DNA of 52,628 nucleotides. It comes from a bacterium. GTDB lineage: Bacteria; Bdellovibrionota_C; UBA2361; RFPC01. Of this stretch, positions 34,714 to 43,656 are shown piece after piece. Every line of letters starts with the position of its first letter. The first letter of the stretch is position 1. Below the pieces are notes generated by a model. That model had not been told where the DNA came from. It saw only the letters and a program-made list of their open reading frames with translations, and made no database searches. The position numbers and the translations under genes were made by a program. The stretch is from positions 1 through 52,628 of the forward strand of contig JALEGQ010000105.1 in NCBI GenBank assembly GCA_022763385.1, written 5' to 3'.

Positions 34714-35476
34714 AGAAACTCCGCAGTTCCTCAAGAGAGGTCTGGTCTGAACGCTTATCAAATATGATTCGTCCCGAGGAGAGTCCGACGATGCGGTCAG
34801 CGTAGTTCAGCGCATGCTCCAGATGGTGAGTGGAGAAAAGGAGCGACAAGTTGTCTGTTTGCGAGAGTTCTCCGAGGAGTCGCATAACATTTTCGCCTGA
34901 TTCCGGATCGAGGCTTGCTACTGGCTCATCTGCAATGATGAGCTCTGGGCGCTGCATAAGTGCTCGCGCGATCGCAACTCGCTGAGACTGTCCTCCGGAG
35001 AGGTGACGGGTCTGCTTGAGTGCGTGGTTTGCAAGCCCAACCTTCTCGAGGCAGGCGAGGGCTTCTTCTCTGATCGGTTGAGGAGCGAGCGAGTGAAACC
35101 ATGCTCGTCCAAACGATGTACGGCCAAGGGCACCGTGGACGGTATTCGTGAGGGCACTGAGTCGAGGAACAAGCAAGTGTTTCTGAAAGACGAATCCAAT
35201 GTGTGCGCGAAGGAGTTTTAACTCTTTTCTGGAGAGGTGTTGAAGCTCCTTTCCCAGAACATGAATCTCTCCACCAGTAGGTGCCGTAATTCTTGGAATG
35301 AGGCGAAGCAGGGTGCTCTTTCCAGATCCGTTGGAGCCAAGTAACGCTGTTCTCTCACCACGGTTGAGGGTGAGAGTCACCCCTTTAAGGATCTCCGTTT
35401 CTCCATAGCTTTTTCGGACTTCAGAGAAGATAAGAGGAGGTGGAGTCCGTATGGTGGTGGAAGAGGGAGCGTTCAT
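34706..35476 (-). CDS. phnC: Phosphonate ABC transporter ATP-binding protein
   Basis: Walker A GSNGSGKST, signature LSGGQSQR, Walker B LIIADEP, in a phnD-phnC-phnE arrangement. Confidence 0.8.
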   Translation of the reverse strand: MNAPSSTTIRTPPPLIFSEVRKSYGETEILKGVTLTLNRGERTALLGSNGSGKSTLLRLIPRITAPTGGEIHVLGKELQHLSRKELKLLRAHIGFVFQKHLLVPRLSALTNTVHGALGRTSFGRAWFHSLAPQPIREEALACLEKVGLANHALKQTRHLSGGQSQRVAIARALMQRPELIIADEPVASLDPESGENVMRLLGELSQTDNLSLLFSTHHLEHALNYADRIVGLSSGRIIFDKRSDQTSLEELRSFYE

Positions 35477-35494
35477 CAGTATTGTGACTCTCTT

Positions 35495-36442
35495 CTATGA
35501 ATGAGATTTTGCTAGATTGTGCAGTCCAGCAGTACGGAATAGCTGTCGGATATAATCGTAATCGTTATCCGATATATCGGTGATGAACTTCATCTCACTA
35601 TACTTTGCGTTCCTTTTTCCAACGAGCATCGCTGAGAGGAGCTGATCTCCGTGCTCTAAGAAGGCTCGGCGGAGAGCTTCACCAACATCTTCCGGAACGT
35701 GCTCACCAACAATAAAGAGATCTTCAGGGAGTTCTGGCCCAACCGCAACTACCGTGAAATCCTCTCGTTTTACCTTCTCATCCTCGTCGACAAACTGTTC
35801 GAACCTGGCCCGGTTAAAGCCGAGGGCTGAAACTTGACCTCGTTGCAGCGCTTTCCAGGCAACATATTTGTTGAGGTTCACCGCACGAATATCTCGCTTT
35901 ATATCGATATTCTCGTCGGCGAGAAGTTGAAGTGGCGCAAGGTGATAGGACGTAGAGCCAAAATCTCCGAACCCAACTCGCTTCTGCTTAAGATCGGTGA
36001 GCTTGGTAATCCCAGAGTCCTTCTTTGCGATAATGGCTCCCTGATAGTTCGGTCGGTGGAGGCCAACAATTGGGCGTACTCGGGTGCGAGAGGTGATAGC
36101 GACATACTCAGCGGGGCCAGTCAGTGCGATATCGAGCCGTTTTGCTCGAAGAGATTCCACAACGACGGTTCTTCCCGTTACTGGAAAGAGCTGAAAGGTA
36201 TATCCAGTAGTCTCGTTCAGTACATCTTGAAAGGCGTGAAACTCTCGCTGGAGCTCTTCAAGGCCAACAATATCAGTCACCGCAAAACGGTATACTCGTT
36301 TCTCGGCAGAGACTGGCTCAGCCTGCGTTATCCGTCCAGAGAAGAGAGCGAAGAAAAGAATGCCGATGAGCGCGATGAATGATGCCATTCTCAGCGAGGT
36401 CGGGAGATAGTCCGGTCTTCGATGGTGTCCTCTCTCGGTCAT
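35495..36442 (-). CDS. phnD: Phosphonate/phosphite ABC transporter substrate-binding protein
   Basis: Signal-anchor MASFIALIGILFFALF and PhnD-like blocks (YRFAVT, LTGPAEYV, GFGDFGSTSYHLAP). The ATG at 36442 follows GGGAGAG. Confidence 0.7.
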   Translation of the reverse strand: MTERGHHRRPDYLPTSLRMASFIALIGILFFALFSGRITQAEPVSAEKRVYRFAVTDIVGLEELQREFHAFQDVLNETTGYTFQLFPVTGRTVVVESLRAKRLDIALTGPAEYVAITSRTRVRPIVGLHRPNYQGAIIAKKDSGITKLTDLKQKRVGFGDFGSTSYHLAPLQLLADENIDIKRDIRAVNLNKYVAWKALQRGQVSALGFNRARFEQFVDEDEKVKREDFTVVAVGPELPEDLFIVGEHVPEDVGEALRRAFLEHGDQLLSAMLVGKRNAKYSEMKFITDISDNDYDYIRQLFRTAGLHNLAKSHS

Positions 36443-36657
36443 TGTTTTCTCTCCCAGTCTGTGGCAACCCCCTAAAAGATGTACTGATTCTGGATTCAAT
36501 GCAACAAACTCCGAAAAGGAGTGCATATCATGCGGCGGCAATCTGCGAGGACCATTTTTCTCTCATTTTTTTATCCTTTGAGTATAGTCAGGTGGAGAGT
36601 TTTGATAGGCTGGGTCGTCGGCTGGCGTTCGTCAGTAACGAGCTCTTCGGGGATAGG

Positions 36658-37938
36658 ATGATAGAGGTATATTTTCCATCATTGCATACAGGAGAGGGGA
36701 TAGACCTCTTTTCGAAGCGAGAGATGTCGGTCACCGTTTCCTCAGAAGGGAATCCTCGCGGTGCCGAATCTCCGCAAATGAATGGACCTCTCCGGGAGAA
36801 CGTTGAGAATCTCTCTCCTTTTCGCCGTATCTCACCTGGAGCAGATGTCATCAAGGTATCTGAATATCTGGAGTGTTTGCGGAAGGAGACAGCACTCCGG
36901 TTAATGTCTCCGCAGTGGTCAAATTTCGAACCGAATCGGGTGAGTCTGCGGCTGCATGAAGAGTGGGCAGATCACGTCCGAGAGGCGGAGTCCATAGGAG
37001 ATTCACTGTGCCGATTTATTGCTGGAAAAGCTCGGTCGGAGAAAGGGAAGGCTGGTGCAGCCGCGAAGCAGCTCCGTACGGAGATCGTCCTTCCGAACCA
37101 CTATTCGAAGGAGATCTCCACTGATTCTCATCTCCTGAGTACCTCGCTTCTTACCCTGTCGGATCTCTTCTCAAATGCTCCGATGGAGGATTGGAAAAGC
37201 TCGCACCAAATGTGTGTTCCGCTTCGGGAGCACCCCTTCCTTGGGCTGGAGTTTCAGGCCCGTGGTCCATCAGCGGATCGGGAGCTCTTTCGCCAGCAGG
37301 TTGCCGCCGCCTCCTTTTTTCGGCCAAAGTTTATCCGTATAGTCCAACTCTCAAGCGTTATAGAGGGATTATTTTGCAATTCATCTACCTACAACGTGAA
37401 GCGCACAGAGCTTCTTGCTCGCCTCCTTGATGCCCTCGGTGCACTTGGTTATGAGCCGGTTGCGCTCTACCCAAGAGCTATCATCTTTGCGGTCAAAACA
37501 GCGGTTGACCTCAGCGACTTAGGCGTTCCGAAGATGATATTTGGTGTAGGGGTTGGAGCACGTTCTCAGCGAACCGATTTCTCGTCCCGTATCGTGACCT
37601 CGAAGAATCTGAACCACTATCTCCCGTATCGAGAATCGATTCAGTCTCGGTGGCAGGAGCGTGAGACCGTCAAGAAGGCAGCATTTGTTCCATATCTGCA
37701 CGAAGCCATCGAGAAAGAGCTCGTTGAAGGACGGGGAATCTCCTATGACAGTCTTCATGACCGGTATGGTATAAACCTAGAAGAGGTACACCCTGGGCTT
37801 TCAGAGGTGTTAAAGGAAGAAGGGCTTTTGAAGGAAGACGCCAATCGCCTTCAGCTCACACCAGAAGCGGAAGGCAAGGTAGAGGATGTGATTCGAAATT
37901 TCTTCGTGAGTGAACAGGATATCAAGCGAATCGCTTGA
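36658..37938 (+). CDS. HemN/HemW-like protein lacking the radical-SAM CxxxCxxC motif (possible pseudo-enzyme). The start is uncertain, and the ORF is open back to 36379.
   Basis: The C-terminus (LKEEGLLKEDANRLQLTPEAEGKVEDVIRNFF) resembles the HemN_C domain. The N-terminal IEVYFPSLHTGEG sits where YIHIPFCxxxCxYC would be. Confidence 0.4.
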   Translation: MIEVYFPSLHTGEGIDLFSKREMSVTVSSEGNPRGAESPQMNGPLRENVENLSPFRRISPGADVIKVSEYLECLRKETALRLMSPQWSNFEPNRVSLRLHEEWADHVREAESIGDSLCRFIAGKARSEKGKAGAAAKQLRTEIVLPNHYSKEISTDSHLLSTSLLTLSDLFSNAPMEDWKSSHQMCVPLREHPFLGLEFQARGPSADRELFRQQVAAASFFRPKFIRIVQLSSVIEGLFCNSSTYNVKRTELLARLLDALGALGYEPVALYPRAIIFAVKTAVDLSDLGVPKMIFGVGVGARSQRTDFSSRIVTSKNLNHYLPYRESIQSRWQERETVKKAAFVPYLHEAIEKELVEGRGISYDSLHDRYGINLEEVHPGLSEVLKEEGLLKEDANRLQLTPEAEGKVEDVIRNFFVSEQDIKRIA

Positions 37939-37946
37939 GTGATCGC

Positions 37947-38297
37947 TCAGAACACTTCTTCACCTTCCGGCGCGACGATCTGTGTCACCCGGATGCCGAA
38001 CATCTCGTTGACAATTACCGCCTCACCTCTCGCTACGAGCTTTCCGTTTACCCGAACATCAAGTGGCTCCTCGCTGAGTTTGTCAATCTCAATGACGGAT
38101 CCTCTCTTGAGGCTCAGCAGTTTCTGAATCGGGAGATCCGTTCTTCCGAGTTCTACCGCGATCTCAAGGGCAACATCGTTGATAAATTCGATCGCCGTTT
38201 CTTTGGACTCTTCTCCTGATGAGGGGCTGTCAGTCTCTGATCCACTTGGTGGAGGAGAGGGCTTTGTGCTTGTCTCTTGGGTCTGTGCTTCCGCCAT
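37947..38297 (-). CDS. fliN: Flagellar motor switch protein FliN (SpoA family)
   Basis: 116 aa, including LEIAVELGRTDLPIQKLLSLKRGSVIEIDKLSEEPLDVRVNGKLVARGEAVIVNEMFGIRVTQI. Confidence 0.8.
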   Translation of the reverse strand: MAEAQTQETSTKPSPPPSGSETDSPSSGEESKETAIEFINDVALEIAVELGRTDLPIQKLLSLKRGSVIEIDKLSEEPLDVRVNGKLVARGEAVIVNEMFGIRVTQIVAPEGEEVF

Positions 38298-38397
38298 TGA
38301 TGAAGGTATCCTTGTAGTCAGATCTCACCTATTACGATGCCGTTCCGCGAGAGAGGGACGCAGGGGGAGTCCAAAGTTTGAGAGCAGGAGGGGGGCT

Positions 38398-38919
38398 ATG
38401 AGCAGAGAAGCAGCAGAGGTAAGCCGAGTAACTTCTCAGATTCTTTTTATCTGTCTCGGTAATATCTGCCGCTCTCCTCTCGCCGAAGGAATCTGTGAGG
38501 CAAAGCTCAGAGAACGGGGGCTTTCAGACTCCTATTCAGTTGATTCTTGTGGAACTGGAAGCTGGCATGTTGGGTCGCCCCCGCATGAGGAGAGCCAGCG
38601 AGTTGCTCGGGAACGGGGAATTGACATCTCAGGACAGAGTTCTCGGCAACTCGTGAGGAACGACCGAGAGCAATTCGACCTCTTTATCGTCATGGATCAG
38701 AAGAATCTCAACGATACTAGGCAGTTACTCGGTAAAGAGACCCGTATCCACCTCCTCCGCGAGTTCGATCCGGAACCACACTCCATGGATGTCCCTGATC
38801 CGTATTATTCTGACCCAGACAGCCCGGGAGACGACGGCTTTGAGCAGGTGTACGCCATCATCGACCGCTCGCTCGACGGACTCCTCGACCTCCTCGAACA
38901 AGAAAACACCTCGAAATAA
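38398..38919 (+). CDS. Low-molecular-weight protein-tyrosine phosphatase
   Basis: P-loop ILFICLGNICRSPLAEG and DPYY near the C-terminus. The ATG at 38398 follows GCAGGAGGGG. Confidence 0.85.
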   Translation: MSREAAEVSRVTSQILFICLGNICRSPLAEGICEAKLRERGLSDSYSVDSCGTGSWHVGSPPHEESQRVARERGIDISGQSSRQLVRNDREQFDLFIVMDQKNLNDTRQLLGKETRIHLLREFDPEPHSMDVPDPYYSDPDSPGDDGFEQVYAIIDRSLDGLLDLLEQENTSK

Positions 38920-38950
38920 CCCCCTAATTGGTACCCGGTACCAACCGGAA

Positions 38951-38995
38951 GGTGCCACGCACCGACGAGCGGGCTCTCGAATGGTGCGTGGCAGT
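38951..38995. repeat. REP-like inverted pair (GGTGCCACGCACC at 38951-38963; GGTGCGTGGCAGT at 38983-38995), forming an 11-bp stem with a 19-nt loop
   Basis: Direct reading. It lies 32 nt after the phosphatase stop and upstream of the GT4 start. Confidence 0.75.
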
Positions 38996-39079
38996 GTTGG
39001 ATTTTGTGTTATTTCGGGGGGTTATGAGGGGGAATACGGCTCTCGAACCGGGGGGGAGTTTTGCTTCATCGAAATCGGC

Positions 39080-40690
39080 ATGGCGAACTTTTCGGCGCAT
39101 TCGAGGGGAACCCTCCTGCTGTTTTTTAATGATTGGCCGGTGCGTCCGGCGGGGGCGAACTGTGGAGGGGGAGAGACGGCGACGATCTCGCTGGCGGAGG
39201 CGTTTGCTCGGCTCGGATTTCGAGTGGTGGCGTGCGCCTCTCTGCCGGATGGTGAGGTGACGCATAATGGGGTGGAGTACTGGAATTTTGGTCGGGGGTA
39301 CGAGCTTCACTCTCTCAGGTCCCGAATCGCTCAGCTTGGCCCTTTTTCGGCATTCGCAGCGACCCTCGCGCATCCTTTTCTTCTGCTTGCTGAGGAGCCG
39401 AACTGTCGGCGGAAGATTCTCGTCAATCACTCGCCGGGGGTGAATCCGAGTGGTCTTGAGAGTCGCACCGTGATGCATCTCGTGGATCATTTTGTCTGCG
39501 TTTCTGAGGCGCAGAAGAAGGTGATCCTCTCGCGAGGAGAGGTTCCAGAAGAGCGAATTTCGATTGTTCGCAATGGGTTTGATCCAGAGCTGTTCCGTTT
39601 TCAGGGGCCAGAGAAGCGAGACTGGAATCGCTTGCTCTATGCCGGAAGGTTGGAGCCATCGAAGGGGATTCACTTTCTGCTCGGCGCCTTTGTAAATCTG
39701 AAGAACTCTTTCCCAGATCTCGAGCTCCATGTGTTTGGGGATGCGTCGTGTTGGCCATCGCTCCACAAAGAGATCTTTCATCTGCAAGCGAAGAATCCTT
39801 CGATGAAGTTCTACGGAAAGGTGCCTCAGTCTGTGATTGCAGAAGAGCTCCAACGCGCAGGATGCCTGGTCTTTCCTTCTCTCTCATTTGAATCTGCTGG
39901 ACTCTCGGTGTTGGATGCTCAAGCCTCTGGCTGTCCAGTGGTCGCCTCGAATGTCGGTGGAGTCTCTGAGTACCTTCTCCCAGAGTGTGGCGTTTTGGTA
40001 GAGAGTCCATCACCACAGACTCTTGAGGAGTCTCTTCGAGCGCTTTTGAGCGATCGCGAGCGGATGAAAGAGATGTCTCGGAATGGAGAGCGTCTTGCCC
40101 GTTTCCAGACATGGGATTCAGTTGCCCAAAAACTCGTAAAGCTTATCGACGAGGAGGCCGCTCCTCTTCAGATCTCTGTCGCGGAGCCAGAGGGGACTCG
40201 TGAGGAACAGGAAAAGGATCCTCTGGCGGTTCTCGATCAACACGAAGCGCTTTATCGAACCTGGTTCCGGAGCGGATTGAAGTATGAAGAGCTCCTCGAT
40301 GATCACGATCTGATCGCTTCAGGAACGGTGCTTCGTGACGAGCTGCTCTTTGGGCTTATCGCTGAAGAGGACGATCACGCTATCATTCCGTTCTGGCAAG
40401 CGCTCCGATACGATACTCTTGGGGAAAAGGTGCGGGCGAGAGGACTTCTTCAACACTCGCTAGCGCTTGGTGAGGGGAGGGATTGGCAACCGCTATTTCG
40501 ATTGATCTTGTTGGAAGCTGAGCTTGGTGAACTCCCTTCGGCTGGGGGGCATGCACGCCATATGCTTCGGGAGTTTCCTGACTTTCCCCTTCAGGCAGAT
40601 ATCGAACGACTTATTGAGCAAATTGAGGCGGCAGGAATTCCGGCAGAAGAGCTGGAAGATCTCTCGCTGAGAGAAAGGAGAGAGGTGTGA
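39080..40690 (+). CDS. GT4-family glycosyltransferase with a C-terminal helical (TPR-like) extension
   Basis: GRLEPSKGIHFLL and FPSLSFESAGLSVLDAQASGCPVVASNVGG (E-x7-E region). The ATG at 39080 is chosen because the upstream extension spans the REP pair. Confidence 0.75.
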   Translation: MANFSAHSRGTLLLFFNDWPVRPAGANCGGGETATISLAEAFARLGFRVVACASLPDGEVTHNGVEYWNFGRGYELHSLRSRIAQLGPFSAFAATLAHPFLLLAEEPNCRRKILVNHSPGVNPSGLESRTVMHLVDHFVCVSEAQKKVILSRGEVPEERISIVRNGFDPELFRFQGPEKRDWNRLLYAGRLEPSKGIHFLLGAFVNLKNSFPDLELHVFGDASCWPSLHKEIFHLQAKNPSMKFYGKVPQSVIAEELQRAGCLVFPSLSFESAGLSVLDAQASGCPVVASNVGGVSEYLLPECGVLVESPSPQTLEESLRALLSDRERMKEMSRNGERLARFQTWDSVAQKLVKLIDEEAAPLQISVAEPEGTREEQEKDPLAVLDQHEALYRTWFRSGLKYEELLDDHDLIASGTVLRDELLFGLIAEEDDHAIIPFWQALRYDTLGEKVRARGLLQHSLALGEGRDWQPLFRLILLEAELGELPSAGGHARHMLREFPDFPLQADIERLIEQIEAAGIPAEELEDLSLRERREV

Positions 40691-41808
40691 ATTTAAAAAA
40701 CGGCGCTCCGAGAAATCTGGGCTTTCGTCCCCAGGTAGAGGTATCGGCAATTGTTTCGACTTATGCGGCAGAGAAGTATATGGCGGGGTGCCTTGAAGAT
40801 CTCATGGCGCAGTCACTCTACCAGGAAGGCCGATGTGAGATTATCGTCGTTGACTGCAACTCTCCTGAAGACGAGCAACGGATTATTCGTGAGTATCAAG
40901 AACGTCATCCACGGATTACCTCAGTTCGGATTACCGAGCGAGAAACGCTCGCTGGAGCGTGGAATATCGGAGCAAAGTACGCCGAGGGCGAATTTGTCAC
41001 AAATGCGAACACAGATGATCGCCACCATCCGCGGGCTTTTGAGAAGATGGCTCAAGTGCTTCGAGAGAACAAGGACGTCGATCTTGTTTATGGAGATGTC
41101 TTTCAGAGTCTTACTCCAAATGAACCGTTTGAGGAAAATTCTCAAACGGTTCTGTATCGCTATAAGCCATATTTTGCGCCGGAAGTCCTCTTTAACTATC
41201 AGTTTGGTTGTCAGCCGATGTGGCGGGCCTCTCTCCATGATAAGATGGGGTATTTTAATCGGGAATTTAAGGCGGCGAGTGACTATGAGTTTAACTTCCG
41301 CTTTGCTCTGGCAGGGTGTCGGGCGCGACACATTCAAGAGCCTCTCGGTCTCTTTCTTGAGCGCACAGACTCGCTTTCTCAGGGAGATAAGACTTCAACT
41401 GATGAGCAAGGAGCACTTCGAAGTCGTTACGTTACCCCCGAGAATATTCTGGCGCTGTATCGCCATGAAGGATGGAGTGTAGAGACTCCTGATGAACAGC
41501 TACGTGCCTTTCACGATCTTTCGCTTCGCGCGATGGACTTTGAATTCCCGTGGCATCCTCACCGGCGGTATAAAGATCCTGAGGTGAGTCTCGTGGCGGT
41601 GACGGCGGGTCTTCAACTTCAGGAATCTCACCCAGTGCTCCTGAACAATCTTGCGGTGATCTGTCACCTCATCGGAAATATAGAGCAATCACAACAGCTC
41701 TTTCAGCAGCTCCAGTCTGTTCCGGTGCCGGAGCCGGTTCAGAAGAATATTCAGATGCTACAGTCCGGGAACGGTGAAGCTCAGTTCGAGTTGTGTGCGG
41801 CGCTTTGA
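40687..41808 (+). CDS. GT2-family glycosyltransferase
   Basis: VSAIVSTYAAEKY...IIVVDCNSPEDE...NANTDDRHHP. The GTG start overlaps the upstream stop, with GGAGAGAGG upstream. Confidence 0.75.
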   Translation: MNLKNGAPRNLGFRPQVEVSAIVSTYAAEKYMAGCLEDLMAQSLYQEGRCEIIVVDCNSPEDEQRIIREYQERHPRITSVRITERETLAGAWNIGAKYAEGEFVTNANTDDRHHPRAFEKMAQVLRENKDVDLVYGDVFQSLTPNEPFEENSQTVLYRYKPYFAPEVLFNYQFGCQPMWRASLHDKMGYFNREFKAASDYEFNFRFALAGCRARHIQEPLGLFLERTDSLSQGDKTSTDEQGALRSRYVTPENILALYRHEGWSVETPDEQLRAFHDLSLRAMDFEFPWHPHRRYKDPEVSLVAVTAGLQLQESHPVLLNNLAVICHLIGNIEQSQQLFQQLQSVPVPEPVQKNIQMLQSGNGEAQFELCAAL

Positions 41809-43655
41809 TGCTGCGCCTCTCGACGTCTCCGGAAGCGATCTGCAGCAATGGCATTTCGCAGAGAGTGCGGGAGTGGACTTGGTTCTCCTCGGGTCACTGA
41901 AACGAGGTGTTCCGCGAGGAGCGGAATCGAGGTAAAGCCTCGGGAGCCGAATCCCACAAAGAGCTCTGCGCCTTCCTCACCAATTTTCCCCACCATAGGA
42001 AGGCGATCTCGGGTAGAGGTTCGAAAGCCTACTCGAGATGAGGAGAGAGTCTCTGCTGAAAATTCGAGTTCTGGGAGCCACTGTTTCGGCTTTTGGAGAA
42101 GCTCCCTATCTTCTTCGCTCCGAACGGCTTCGTCGAGCGAGCCGTGATCATATGAGGCGCCGATAAGATGTCTCCCTCCGTGTTCGGGTAAGAGGTATCC
42201 GTCATAGCAGAGAACTTCACGAAAGTGTTGAGAAAGCGTCGTGCTCTTTACGTGAGTAACCTGTCCTCGAACAGGTTCGAGTGGGAGATCTGGTGAGCCT
42301 GAAAGTTGAGTTGTTTCATAGGCCGTGGCGAGGAAAAGGGGAGACTCTCTCTGGAGTGCTTCACTCTGATCCTGAGAGAGCGTTCTCTCTGTTCGGAGCG
42401 AGATCTGATCGGCGGCACTCCTCAGGAGAGATTGTACGACAGCACGGGGGGAGATCCATCCACCGGATGGGTAGCAAAAGGCATCAGAGGTCGCTTGAGT
42501 ATGAAGCCGCTCTGATAGTTCGTCTCTTCCGATCCTCCGTCCGATGGCTTCGGGAAGGGCAAGTTCGGGGAGTCGTTCCAGGAGTCCCCGGAGTCGGTCC
42601 GTGGACGGGAAGTGAATAATTCCTGTCTGCTGAAAAAGGGAGTGCTCCCTCAGCTCCTTCAAGAACTGGATGGAAAAGAGGTAGGCAGAGAGGTAGAGAA
42701 AACTCTGGAGACTCGGCTTCCGAGTAATATAGGGGAGGATAACACCACGGGCATTTCCCGAGGCCTTGGTGCACGGCTGGGATTCCCGTTCAATAAGGTC
42801 TACGGCAACCCCCCGAGAAGCAAAGGTTGACGCGAGCACTCCTCCGGCAAATCCGGCGCCCACTACGGTAACTCTCTCGGGGATAACCCCTTGGAGATTT
42901 CGCCGGGAAGAAGGGTGTCGGGGGGAGAAGTTCCCTCGAATCGTTTCTCTCTTTCGTCCTGGACCAGGCACTTTGGTGACGTGACCACCAACTCCTTCGA
43001 GCATTCGCCGAACCCACCCGGCGGCCGAGTAGGTGGCAAAGGTGGTGTCTCCGTGCGAGCACCTCGCGACTGCTTCCATCAGGGGTTCATTCCAGAGGGA
43101 GTCATTCTTGCGAGGGTCAAATCCATCCAAGAACCAGGCGTCTACCTTCGGTTCCATTTCCGCGAGACCAAGCAGGGCATCTCCGAAAAAGAGGTCAAGA
43201 ACGGCGTCATACTCGGGAAGGATAATTCGATGATTTCCTGCAAGGGAGCACGGCCACCGCTTGAGGAGCGCCGTTGACTCTTCTCGGAGCTCAGGGAAGG
43301 TGGTGAGGGCGCGCTCGATTTCGTGTGCGGTAGCGGGATGAGCCTCGGTCGAGAAGTAGAAGAGTTTTCGTCGTGCCCCAGCCCGCTTCTGCGCCAGAAG
43401 AACAAGAAGAAAGTTGAGCCCCACGCCAAACCCAAGTTCTCCAATCTGAAGATATGAGGAGCCGCTTCGGGGAGGAGCGGAGAGTCGCTGAGGGATGTCA
43501 TTGCCCTCAAGAAAGACTGCTCTTGCCTGTTCCAGTCCACCTTCTTGCGGGTAGTACACATCCTGAAACTGTTCAGAGAACGGTGTATTGCCCCCCTTCC
43601 ACGAGAGCTCAGCTTCAGGAACAGAGTACTGGGTGAGTGCGGAAAGGAGCTTCAC
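41781..43655 (-). CDS. mnmC: Bifunctional tRNA mnm5s2U34 methyltransferase / FAD-dependent cmnm5s2U34 oxidoreductase
   Basis: The N-terminus GNTPFSEQFQDVYY...AVFLEGN parallels the E. coli MnmC start, from memory. The FAD motif is VTVVGAGFAGG. The GTG at 43655 follows the upstream stop after a single base, and the longest ORF starts at GTG 43688. Confidence 0.75.
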   Translation of the reverse strand: MKLLSALTQYSVPEAELSWKGGNTPFSEQFQDVYYPQEGGLEQARAVFLEGNDIPQRLSAPPRSGSSYLQIGELGFGVGLNFLLVLLAQKRAGARRKLFYFSTEAHPATAHEIERALTTFPELREESTALLKRWPCSLAGNHRIILPEYDAVLDLFFGDALLGLAEMEPKVDAWFLDGFDPRKNDSLWNEPLMEAVARCSHGDTTFATYSAAGWVRRMLEGVGGHVTKVPGPGRKRETIRGNFSPRHPSSRRNLQGVIPERVTVVGAGFAGGVLASTFASRGVAVDLIERESQPCTKASGNARGVILPYITRKPSLQSFLYLSAYLFSIQFLKELREHSLFQQTGIIHFPSTDRLRGLLERLPELALPEAIGRRIGRDELSERLHTQATSDAFCYPSGGWISPRAVVQSLLRSAADQISLRTERTLSQDQSEALQRESPLFLATAYETTQLSGSPDLPLEPVRGQVTHVKSTTLSQHFREVLCYDGYLLPEHGGRHLIGASYDHGSLDEAVRSEEDRELLQKPKQWLPELEFSAETLSSSRVGFRTSTRDRLPMVGKIGEEGAELFVGFGSRGFTSIPLLAEHLVSVTRGEPSPLPHSLRNAIAADRFRRRREAQHQSAAHNSN

Positions 43656-43656
43656 A

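Noticed and set aside
38789-39079. N-terminal extensions of the longest ORFs (38789, 38179, 48946, 48617, 8707, 18528, 23189, 25172, 4425).
   Set aside because: The extensions overlap neighbouring genes or REP copies and lack family features. Internal starts with Shine-Dalgarno-like sequences give canonical N-termini (for example MITAQNLS for the ABC ATPase, and the lipobox for SctJ).
38924-39853. Long antisense ORFs: 38924-39853 (309 aa), 23121-23867 (248 aa), 20557-21234 (225 aa), 2240-2821 (193 aa), 21359-21916 (185 aa) and similar.
   Set aside because: Each lies opposite a CDS with clear family motifs. Their translations are Arg/Pro/Ser/His-rich low-complexity strings with no motifs or ribosome-binding sites, as expected for shadow ORFs.
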